NCBI GenBank assembly: GCA_963828195.1
Contig: CAWHDT010000009.1
Coordinates: 96,001 to 160,000 of the forward strand
Source: Candidatus Bathyarchaeota archaeon
GTDB taxonomy: Archaea; Thermoproteota; Bathyarchaeia; Bathyarchaeales; Bathycorpusculaceae
Direction: 5' to 3'
DNA length: 64,000 nucleotides
In this document: piece by piece, positions 18,205 through 26,851 of the stretch
How positions within the stretch are numbered: the stretch's first letter is position 1
How the letters are laid out: each line of letters opens with the position of its first letter
Position numbers and translations under genes: made by a program
The notes under the pieces: model-generated
What the model was told of the DNA's origin: nothing
The model's database searches: none
The model's input: only the letters and a program-made list of their open reading frames with translations

Positions 18205-19479
18205 CTACAGCATTTGAGCTATGCTCGCGATGAAGAGTATTGTTGTTATTATGATGGTTGCTAATGCTAATGTCAAGGTGGCTTTCCCAAGTTTGTATTT
18301 GCCCATTAAATCCTTGTTTCGGGTGATAATTATCAGAGGTATTAGAATAAACGGCAGCAGGAGCCCATTTAGGTATTGAGTGAAGATCATTACTTGAATT
18401 TGGTTTGGTATGAACGCGAAAATTGCAGAGATAACGAGCGCCAAGACGAATACGAACCTGAATCTTCTCGCCTTAATGCGGCTCTCCAGACCCAAAAATC
18501 CGAAGGCGGAGTAAACGGTGCCCAACCCCACGGTAACCACAGCCAATATTCCAGCGAAAGCAAAGGCAACTGCGAAAACGTCCACCCCTGCTAAACCAAA
18601 TTTGATTCTGAAAGGCGCTGCTATATCGGCGAAGCTAGTTACCGATTTGCCCCCGATGAGCAATGCGGCACTTGCGATTATGACGATAGTGAGAATTGTG
18701 CCCATCAGGATGCTGACAAAGGAATCGACTCTTTCTTTCCGCACGCATTTCCGCTCTTTAGCTAATTCTTCTTTTCTTTCGCATTCGTCTTCTTTCATCA
18801 GGTCTTCAACTCCTTTCTCGTGGTGATGAGCCCACCCTTTTTCGTAAACTAATCCGCTGTGGAGGATGACGTAAGTAGGTGTAATGGAAGCGCCTATTAT
18901 CGCCTCGGCGTAGTAGAAGGAGTTAGCTTTCACTGATGGAACAAGGGAATTGTAAACTATCTGGCCGAAGTTTGCGTGGAGCGAGAAGAGAAAATATAGG
19001 TAGGCTAAGAAGATGGCAGTGACCAGGATCATCAAGATTTTCTCTAATGTGTCGTATGAGGTTAAGAAAACAAGAAAAATATTCAGCAGAATCGATATGG
19101 ATACTGCTATGGGGTAGGCTATGTTGAATAGGAAAGAAAACGCGAGGCTTAGACCAATTATTTCAGCAGTTAGTGTGGCAAGGTTCAGAAACAGCGAGAC
19201 TGCGAATAGCGGAAGTGAATAGCGTGGTCCAAACCTTTGGTGTATATTTTCCGCTAAAGTTTTTCCAGTGACGACGCCTAGCCGGGCACTAATCTCTTGT
19301 ATTCCTATTAGCAAGATACCTGAGTAGAAAGCTGCCCATAACACTGAAAAGCCAACCGCTGCCCCAGCCGCTGTTGCCGCAACGATGCTGGCAGGATCAA
19401 ACAGCTCTACTGAGACGAGGACTGCGGGGCCAAAAACGGAAATTACCGTTAAGACCTGCTTTAGGTTAATCTTTTTCAT
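18205..19479 (-). CDS. NRAMP-family divalent metal transporter
   Basis: QEISARLGVVTGKTLAE motif; about 11 TM helices. Confidence 0.88.
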   Translation of the reverse strand: MKKINLKQVLTVISVFGPAVLVSVELFDPASIVAATAAGAAVGFSVLWAAFYSGILLIGIQEISARLGVVTGKTLAENIHQRFGPRYSLPLFAVSLFLNLATLTAEIIGLSLAFSFLFNIAYPIAVSISILLNIFLVFLTSYDTLEKILMILVTAIFLAYLYFLFSLHANFGQIVYNSLVPSVKANSFYYAEAIIGASITPTYVILHSGLVYEKGWAHHHEKGVEDLMKEDECERKEELAKERKCVRKERVDSFVSILMGTILTIVIIASAALLIGGKSVTSFADIAAPFRIKFGLAGVDVFAVAFAFAGILAVVTVGLGTVYSAFGFLGLESRIKARRFRFVFVLALVISAIFAFIPNQIQVMIFTQYLNGLLLPFILIPLIIITRNKDLMGKYKLGKATLTLALATIIITTILFIASIAQML

Positions 19480-19606
19480 GTGCCCATTTTCCTTCAGATA
19501 TCAGATGAAGATGCCGAATCAATGTCTAAAATATTTTAAACTTAATTATTAAACATTACAATTAGAGACCAGCCTTCCAAACTTCGACCTTTTCCCATCT
19601 TGCTGG

Positions 19607-19633
19607 GGGTTCAAAATCCCCCTCCCCCGCAAC
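19607..19633 (+). repeat. Degenerate tRNA-Leu-like 3'-end duplicate no. 3
   Basis: GGGTTCAAAATCCCCCTCCCCCGCAAC. Confidence 0.65.
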
Positions 19634-19851
19634 TAAATTTATGAGAACTTGGAAATTTCTGCAGAAACTGGTGAGTCATTCGCCCTCATTATTTTTATAA
19701 ACAAAAATTGGTGAGTAATAGCGACGGCTGAATCGGAGAGAGATTTCTTCTCAATAGTTTTTTAAGGCGATACGCCATAACGTTCCAATCACTGTAGGCA
19801 TTTACCTATGGTCGGGAGTTAATCACTATCCACGTCAAGGGATGCAAAATC

Positions 19852-20961
19852 ATGAATAAAAAATTGCTAGTAGCCATTTTTGTAACATGTTTTCTTTTTT
19901 CAGTCGTAGTTTTTTCCCAAATAGCCTATTGTCAAAAATCAACACCAAGCTCTACGACACAGCCAACCCCCGCTAAAGCAGGAATACTTGGAAGCACCTC
20001 TGCCTTATTACTTATTGGCGGAATCGTAGCGGTTGTAGCGGTAGTTGTTGTAGTAACTTTTGTTTTCGTTTTTAAGAAGAGGGGGCGTGGAAAGAGTCTA
20101 AATGGTGGAGTTTCCACTGGTGCCTTCGAAGAGCGGGTGATAAAAAAATTCAATGGTAAACCAAGTGACCCATCTACGGGCGTAAGCGGGTTTACTGAGG
20201 GAGGTCAACCTCTTTTGATCAAACAATCCGATCCTGTCCGCTTGGCTGATGTAGAAGCTTTTGTCAAAGTGCTAGTAAAAGGAGGAGCACAAAAGGGCAT
20301 AATTGTTGCACCCGATTTTGATGACACAGCTCTGGAGGGAAAAATTACCGCGTCGGAAAATGGAACTGAGCTTCAGCTGCTACGCATAAATGAACTGATG
20401 AATAAGCGTTATGCTAATAGAATTAAAGAGCTTGCTATTTCACAGGTTTCCTTTGAGGCGCCAACTACATATGCAACAGATGACCCAGTGACCAAAACAC
20501 CAACTTTTGTTGAAAGAACGCCAAATGAGCCGCAAAAAGACGGTCTGAAACCTCGTGTCTTCATATCTAACAGCAGCACCCAAGTTTCTGACCAGATAAA
20601 GAAAATGTTGGATTTTCTGCATTATGACTACGTTATGGGCGATAAAGAAGAAACAACTGTGCCAATTTCTGAAAACAAATTCGGGTTGATGCAAGACTGT
20701 GATTGCGCAATAATAAACATCGCTGCCGCTGAACAGGAGCGAAGGTACAGCGGCCTCTACATCCTTAATTCGAACGTAACCTCTGAAATCGACGCGACCT
20801 ATCTGAAATACAATACACAGGTTATTCTGTTGGTTGAGCGAAAAGTAGAGTTGCCTCCAAATCTTAAGGGTCTAAAAAGGATTGAATATGACAGTGATGA
20901 TTTATCTTTCAACGCAGCAATGGATCTCAAGAAGGCATTGGAAGACTTTAAGAAACTATAG
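19852..20961 (+). CDS. Membrane-anchored protein with degenerate Mrr-like domain and C-terminal TIR-like nucleotide-binding domain
   Basis: Signal peptide and TM; KQS..V...VEAF...KGIIVAPDF (Mrr-like); PRVFISNS...CDCAII...NSNVTSEI...LPPNLKGL..IEY (TIR-like). Confidence 0.75.
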   Translation: MNKKLLVAIFVTCFLFSVVVFSQIAYCQKSTPSSTTQPTPAKAGILGSTSALLLIGGIVAVVAVVVVVTFVFVFKKRGRGKSLNGGVSTGAFEERVIKKFNGKPSDPSTGVSGFTEGGQPLLIKQSDPVRLADVEAFVKVLVKGGAQKGIIVAPDFDDTALEGKITASENGTELQLLRINELMNKRYANRIKELAISQVSFEAPTTYATDDPVTKTPTFVERTPNEPQKDGLKPRVFISNSSTQVSDQIKKMLDFLHYDYVMGDKEETTVPISENKFGLMQDCDCAIINIAAAEQERRYSGLYILNSNVTSEIDATYLKYNTQVILLVERKVELPPNLKGLKRIEYDSDDLSFNAAMDLKKALEDFKKL

Positions 20962-21010
20962 TTTTTTCATCCCTCAAATCAAACTAGGTCAAAGGCTCTG
21001 CCGTCCTAAA

Positions 21011-21033
21011 GGAGTTCAAATCACAACCCTGCA
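21011..21033 (+). repeat. Highly degenerate tRNA-Leu 3'-end duplicate no. 4
   Basis: GGAGTTCAAATCACAACCCTGCA. Confidence 0.55.
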
Positions 21034-21255
21034 TTTTTAGCACTGCGTCGCGAACCATAGCTCTCAGCGAGAAATCGGTCCTAATAATCCTAACAATTGT
21101 ACCACCTTAATGATCCGTGGCGCCTATAACGCGAATCGTTTTTGCCCATAAAAATCACGGATTTCAGTTAGCCAAGTATCAAAATAACCACTAAATAAAA
21201 TAAAATATAAGTCTTCATTTACCTGCAAAGATGAAAGTAGCCTCCCCGTTCTATA

Positions 21256-22284
21256 TCAAAAAGTTGATATGTATTGTTGTCGGCTTGGCCATCTTTCGGG
21301 TATTTTCCTTGTGCTGGCTTCAACTTTTTTTATGCCGCAGGTCCTTGAGATTTGGTCTTGTATGGCGAATGACTGCGCCGTGTCTCTAACCATAGCTGAC
21401 AATTGCAGATCATAATCGCCGCTAGTTTTTGTAATTATAATTACATCAGGTATTTCCGTAAGTGACTCAACAACCGTTTCCGGCAGGGTGTCGGGAGCGG
21501 CAACAGCTATGTTGAAATCAATTATCGACGTGTATCCAATTTTATTTGGGTTTATTTGGATTGAAACCTTTATTGAGCCCTTTTCCCTGAGCTTATGATA
21601 CCTATTTACCACTGTGTCAGTTGACAATTCCAGTTCTTTCGCAATTTTAATAAACGACGCGCGTCCGCCCATCGTAAGCTTTGCCACTATTTGCCTGTCT
21701 AACTCATCAATTGCAATTTCATCGATCAGTGTTCGGATTGGTTTATTTGATTTAAGTTGATTAAGAGTGTTGGTGCCTTTCAAGGCGCCTGTGAAATTTA
21801 GGTTTTCAGGAATATTTCTAACGCCAGTCCAGATGTAAGTTTTTAGTCCTGTAGTGGGAAGTTTTCTCTTAATTATCTGCTTCACATCGTTCAATTCATT
21901 TAAGTCCCTTAAAGTTGCAATTGCCCTCACATTGTAAACACTGTTATACTGGCGGTAGGCACGTATCTCCGTTATTTTCTCTATAAACTCCATAACTTGA
22001 TCTATTTGCTGAGCATCAATACTGATGAGCAGAGTTGCAAGCGCGGCATTTCCGAAATGGCCAAAATTCATCTGAATTGTTGCCCCGTTAATTATGCCTT
22101 TTTTTTCCATTGCCCTGAAACGTTTCCAAACTTTGTTTTCCGAGACTTCGCATTCTCTGGCTATTTCACCAAAACCTACCCGACCATCTTGTAATAGTTT
22201 TTTCAGTATTTTAGAATTAAGCTCATCGATTTTAAACACGTTATTTTCTCTAAGTTCTTCACTTTTTCGGGTTTTGGGATTCAA
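21256..22284 (-). CDS. Lrp/AsnC family regulator, tandem double HTH-RAM
   Basis: Two IDELD..I...L..DGR..F..IA HTH units; SGDYDL. Confidence 0.9.
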   Translation of the reverse strand: MNPKTRKSEELRENNVFKIDELNSKILKKLLQDGRVGFGEIARECEVSENKVWKRFRAMEKKGIINGATIQMNFGHFGNAALATLLISIDAQQIDQVMEFIEKITEIRAYRQYNSVYNVRAIATLRDLNELNDVKQIIKRKLPTTGLKTYIWTGVRNIPENLNFTGALKGTNTLNQLKSNKPIRTLIDEIAIDELDRQIVAKLTMGGRASFIKIAKELELSTDTVVNRYHKLREKGSIKVSIQINPNKIGYTSIIDFNIAVAAPDTLPETVVESLTEIPDVIIITKTSGDYDLQLSAMVRDTAQSFAIQDQISRTCGIKKVEASTRKIPERWPSRQQYISTF

Positions 22285-22363
22285 AATTTCTTATTTCCTT
22301 GCAGAATTTTAAAGAAAATTGCAAATTTATCGTTTTTGGCTAATTTAACGTCTGCGGCTTTGT

Positions 22364-23344
22364 TTAGAAAGTCGATATATATTGGCGCGGTGATGGCCAT
22401 TTGTCTCGTACTCTTACTACTTCCATATCAATTTTTATTATTTCTTGAATTTTCCCAAGTTCTTCTTGAATTGAAAGTAACTGCTCTAAGTCCCGTATCA
22501 TTGCCCAAATTTGCAAATCGTAGTCTCCAGTTGTTTTCATGATGCTTATAATATCAGGGATTTTACTGATTTTCTTAATAATTACTGAGTTTTCCTGTGA
22601 GGTAGCGGTGAAAAAAATGCATATAGCTTTGTATCCGATTTTTTTAGGATTTATTTGAATTGTAGCTTTCAATACACCGTTTTTCTTTAGTTTTTCGTAC
22701 CGCCTTTTAACGGTATCAGCTGCGATTCCTATTTCTGTAGCAAGTGCCTCAATGGGCATCCGTCCGTTCTCAGAAAGTTTGTCAGCTATTTTCTGATCAA
22801 TTTGGTCGATGACTAAGGTTTGAGCGCTGCTCTTTTTTTTAGAACTTGACTGGAAAGTGCTTGTATCCTCTATATTTTTTATCTCATCTGGAATTATTGC
22901 CAAGTTATAATTCATTTCTTTTACATCTGTCCAGATTCCAGTTCTCATTTCGAAAACGGAAAAATGATTTTTGATGTCGTCTTTGATTTCGTTTAATTCT
23001 TCAAGCGTTCTTAGAGTTACGACAACATCTATATTTCCTTTGATTTGCCTGCTGTAGAAGGAAAAAACTCCTGGCATTTTTTGCAGGTACTCTATAAGTT
23101 GCTTTTCTTGCCGTGAGTCAAAATTGATTAGAATATGCGCGACTGCCTTGTAGCCAAAGCTCTTATAATTAATGTGTATTGTCGCACCTATGATTATGCC
23201 AGCTTGTTCCATTTGGGCACGATTTTTCTGAACAATTTCTTCAGTTGTTCCTATTTTTTCCGCAATTTCGCTGTCGCTTTTGCGTCCATCGGATAATAAA
23301 CTTTTGAGAATTTTTGCTTGAACTGCACTAATTTGCTCGGTTAA
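22364..23344 (-). CDS. Lrp/AsnC family regulator, tandem double HTH-RAM; frame extends upstream of the called ATG without a canonical start
   Basis: In-frame LTEQISAVQAKILKSLLSDGRKSDSEIAEK HTH upstream of 23212; paralogue of the neighbour (shared WPS.RQYISTF-type end). Confidence 0.8.
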   Translation of the reverse strand, partial: LTEQISAVQAKILKSLLSDGRKSDSEIAEKIGTTEEIVQKNRAQMEQAGIIIGATIHINYKSFGYKAVAHILINFDSRQEKQLIEYLQKMPGVFSFYSRQIKGNIDVVVTLRTLEELNEIKDDIKNHFSVFEMRTGIWTDVKEMNYNLAIIPDEIKNIEDTSTFQSSSKKKSSAQTLVIDQIDQKIADKLSENGRMPIEALATEIGIAADTVKRRYEKLKKNGVLKATIQINPKKIGYKAICIFFTATSQENSVIIKKISKIPDIISIMKTTGDYDLQIWAMIRDLEQLLSIQEELGKIQEIIKIDMEVVRVRDKWPSPRQYISTF

Positions 23345-23590
23345 GACCTTTTATCCCTCGTAGAGATTCTTGGTACTTTGTCTTTATATTTAAATTCATC
23401 GCACATTTCGCATTTCCCGTCCTTTTACCGTCTGCATTCGCAGATTCTGGCTTTGTAATCCGAGCTCCTATTATTTTCCTTTTATTGTCGAAAATGGCAA
23501 TTTTATCCGATTTTATTTAAGGTTTTAAAAACGTTTAAATGTACACAACGGAAAAAGTCTAGTCACAAAATAAAAAGGAGAAAAAGAAAA

Positions 23591-26467
23591 ATGCAAATTG
23601 TTAAAAACAAAATCGCAGCAATTGTGATTGCTATATTCTTAACACTTTCAATAGGGGCTTCAATAATGCTTATTCCAACTGCTAGTGCACATAACCCTCC
23701 GATTACAATTCCAACCTACGCCTACATATCGGCGTCGCCTAATCCGGTAGGTGTCGGCCAGCAAGTGACCATTTATATGTGGCTTAACCAGGTTTTCGGC
23801 TATTATGCTGCTGCAGGAGCCACAACAACAGCCGACTATGCACAGGTAACAAATAATTACAGATTCCAAAACTACAATCTGACTATCATAGCACCTGACG
23901 GTACAACAAACTCAACGATTTTCAGTTATATTGCTGATCCAACATCAGACCAGTACCTATTATACACCCCAACCCAGACTGGAACATATCAACTCATCTT
24001 TACCTTCCCAGGACAAGCCTACAATCAAACCACCCCAGGCGGTAGCGGCACTTATGACCCAGCTTCAGTGTTGATTGGCGACACTTATGCGCCAAGCTCA
24101 GCAAACACAACGATGACTGTGCAGCAAGCACCAATTCCCGCAGCTACAGGCAGCTCCCCGCTTCCAACACAATACTGGACATATCCAATATACGGTGAGA
24201 ACACCTACTGGTACACGATTTCGTCAAACTGGCTCGGTTCAGGTTCTCCAGTCAGTTCTGCAACGGGCTATGGCGGTCTTTCCTTTGCCACTGCTTACCC
24301 AACATCATCAGCAATCCAAGCGTATCCCGGAGATGCCGTTGGACCACTAACTAGCCATGTTATGTGGACGTATCCAGTTGAAGAAGGCGGAGTTGTCGGA
24401 GGAAACGAATTTACCAGCGGCGGTTCCTATCCAGGCAATCCTCAGGGAGTCGGATACTTTGAAGGATCAGCTTACAACAACCGATATATAAATCCAATAA
24501 TATTGGACGGCAACATATACTACACAGAACCAGTAACATTAACAGGCCCTTCCAGCGGACCAACTGTTTGCCAAAGCCTACAAACAGGACAAATAATTTG
24601 GAGCAGTACACAGATACCCGCGCTATCATTCGGCTACATATACAACGTATGGTCCGTTGACCAACATGGAGTTTATCCAGCAATCTTATTCACAGCCAAC
24701 TTTGCCCGTGCTTTTGACGCATTCACAGGGGATCCACTATTCAACGTAACTGGCGTTCCATCAGGCACAATAGCCCAAGGACCAAGTGGGGAACAGTTAA
24801 GATACGTCCTAACGAACGACGGCACCACCGCCTCACCAGCCTATTATTTAGGCGAGTGGAACTCATCTAGGCTTTGGGAGACAGTTGAGAATCCATGGAG
24901 CCTTGCGGTTGTCGATAACCCAACGCTCTACAACGACTCTACAAGTTCTGGCGCTGCTTTAACCACAGGCCAATCACAGGAGGCAAACGTGACAGAACCT
25001 GCTCTAGGAGCTGTTGCCGGTAACAACAATAACGAACCTGCCACCTCCAATTACGTTGTCTACGGAAACGTCGTAAATGTCAGCAACGCACTATACAGTT
25101 ATGACTGGAACGTTTCGACACCAGCGCTCAACACCATGACCACCGCACCTACAATACTTGCAGCTCTAGCCGGAAACGTGCTGCTTTGCAAGAACGGCAC
25201 TTATCCGGTTGCCACCGCAACAAGCGTTACAGGCGCATTCAGCTCAACCCCCTACACATACTTCGCAGTCAACCTCAACGCAACTAGAGGCCCAATCGGC
25301 GAAATTCTATGGTGGAACACAATTACGCCATCAGGCACCGTGTCAGTCTCATTTGGCGGAGTTAACCCGACAGTTAACGTCTTCGTTGAAGCATACAGAG
25401 AAACCACACAATTTGTCGGATACAGTCTGACAACAGGACAGGAAATATGGGGTCCAACTGCACCTCAAGCAGCCTTTGACTACTACGGCAGCCCAGGAGC
25501 AGGAACAATAGTCAGCCAACTAGCTTACGGGAAACTCTACAGCAGCGCTTTCGCAGGAATACTCTACTGCTATGATTTAACTAATGGAAACCTACTTTGG
25601 ACCTACGGCAACGGCGGCGAAGGTAACAGCACTAACGCAGGCTTAAATACGCCCTACGGCGATTACCCAACCTTCATAAACGCAGTCGGCAACGGAGTAA
25701 TATACACCGTGACTACTGAACACACCATCATCGACCCAATTTACAAGGGCGCACTGGCACGTGCCATCAATGCCACAACCGGAGCAGAAATCTGGACCTT
25801 ATCGGACTACACAGGCGAATTCACACAAACAAGTTATGCCATTGCTAATGGGTATGCAACATTCTTCAACGGCTACGATGACCAAGTTTACAGTGTGGGC
25901 CAAGGACCAAGCGCAACCACGGTAACAGCGCCACAGACTGCTGTCACAGCAGGCGCTAATGTAGTTATCCAGGGTACAGTGATGGATATTTCAGCGGGCA
26001 CACAGCAAACACAGCAGAAAGCGGACTTTCCAAACGGCGTTCCGTGCGCATCTGACGCAAGCATGAGCGCTTGGATGAGCTACGTATATCAGCAACAACC
26101 AATGCCAACCAACTTCACCGGCGTTACAGTTTCAATAGACGCAACTGACCCTAACGGCAACTTTGTCCACCTCGGCGACGCTACAACCGACGCTAAAGGC
26201 TTATTCACTTTCACTTGGACACCTCCAAGCGTTCCAGGCAGCTACCTAGTCACAGCAACATTCGCTGGCACCAACGGCTACTGGGGCTCAAGCGCAGAAA
26301 CCGGCATGACCGTACAAAACGCAGCAGCAACACCTGCACCGACAGCGACACCTGCATCAAACCTCGCAACATCATCAGAACTAACACTTGGAATCGCAGC
26401 AGCAGTAATCGCTATAATCATCGCAATCGCAATAGTCGGCTTGCTCTTACTAAGAAAAAAGCCATAA
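23591..26467 (+). CDS. Large secreted, membrane-anchored PQQ-like beta-propeller/Ig surface protein (paralogue 1)
   Basis: Signal peptide; SPNPVGVGQ; PLPTQYW.YPI; FPNGVPCASD; TM plus RKKP tail. Confidence 0.85.
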   Translation: MQIVKNKIAAIVIAIFLTLSIGASIMLIPTASAHNPPITIPTYAYISASPNPVGVGQQVTIYMWLNQVFGYYAAAGATTTADYAQVTNNYRFQNYNLTIIAPDGTTNSTIFSYIADPTSDQYLLYTPTQTGTYQLIFTFPGQAYNQTTPGGSGTYDPASVLIGDTYAPSSANTTMTVQQAPIPAATGSSPLPTQYWTYPIYGENTYWYTISSNWLGSGSPVSSATGYGGLSFATAYPTSSAIQAYPGDAVGPLTSHVMWTYPVEEGGVVGGNEFTSGGSYPGNPQGVGYFEGSAYNNRYINPIILDGNIYYTEPVTLTGPSSGPTVCQSLQTGQIIWSSTQIPALSFGYIYNVWSVDQHGVYPAILFTANFARAFDAFTGDPLFNVTGVPSGTIAQGPSGEQLRYVLTNDGTTASPAYYLGEWNSSRLWETVENPWSLAVVDNPTLYNDSTSSGAALTTGQSQEANVTEPALGAVAGNNNNEPATSNYVVYGNVVNVSNALYSYDWNVSTPALNTMTTAPTILAALAGNVLLCKNGTYPVATATSVTGAFSSTPYTYFAVNLNATRGPIGEILWWNTITPSGTVSVSFGGVNPTVNVFVEAYRETTQFVGYSLTTGQEIWGPTAPQAAFDYYGSPGAGTIVSQLAYGKLYSSAFAGILYCYDLTNGNLLWTYGNGGEGNSTNAGLNTPYGDYPTFINAVGNGVIYTVTTEHTIIDPIYKGALARAINATTGAEIWTLSDYTGEFTQTSYAIANGYATFFNGYDDQVYSVGQGPSATTVTAPQTAVTAGANVVIQGTVMDISAGTQQTQQKADFPNGVPCASDASMSAWMSYVYQQQPMPTNFTGVTVSIDATDPNGNFVHLGDATTDAKGLFTFTWTPPSVPGSYLVTATFAGTNGYWGSSAETGMTVQNAAATPAPTATPASNLATSSELTLGIAAAVIAIIIAIAIVGLLLLRKKP

Positions 26468-26526
26468 AACAAAAAACAGTAAAAAACCACAATCTATCTT
26501 TCCCTTTTTTAGTCCTAAAAAGCAAC

Positions 26527-26640
26527 GGAGAAAAGAATAGGGGCTGAGAAGGCTCTGGGTGAATTAACAAAGAGCAATTGCCTTTAGCAAGCAATTCATC
26601 TTTTCTCCTTTAAATTTTTCCCAGAGCCTCAGCAAACCCC
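26527..26640. other. Intergenic element with interleaved inverted repeats (candidate structured RNA or MITE remnant)
   Basis: GGAGAAAAGA/TCTTTTCTCC and AGGCTCTGGG/CCCAGAGCCT perfect 10-bp pairs plus an inner AATTGC/GCAATT hairpin. Confidence 0.4.
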
Positions 26641-26851
26641 ACTTTTATATTTCGTTTTTAATCACCCAATTGTTTTTTTGGAAAACATAGCTTAGTTTTG
26701 TCAACCTGCCTTATGCATTGAACCTTGTTACCGCTTTTCTTTCTCATTCAAATGTTGCTCGCTTGAATAGAGCTCAGAGAAGCAAAAAGGAATAGAAAAA
26801 AAGATTAGTAAGAGCAATGCACGTATAAACATTGAACAGTGAAGGAATTTA

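Noticed and set aside
15374-21033. tRNA 3' copies as additional tRNA genes or split-tRNA halves
   Set aside because: Only T-arm and acceptor 3' strand, decaying, without complementary leader sequences or BHB; better explained as att scars
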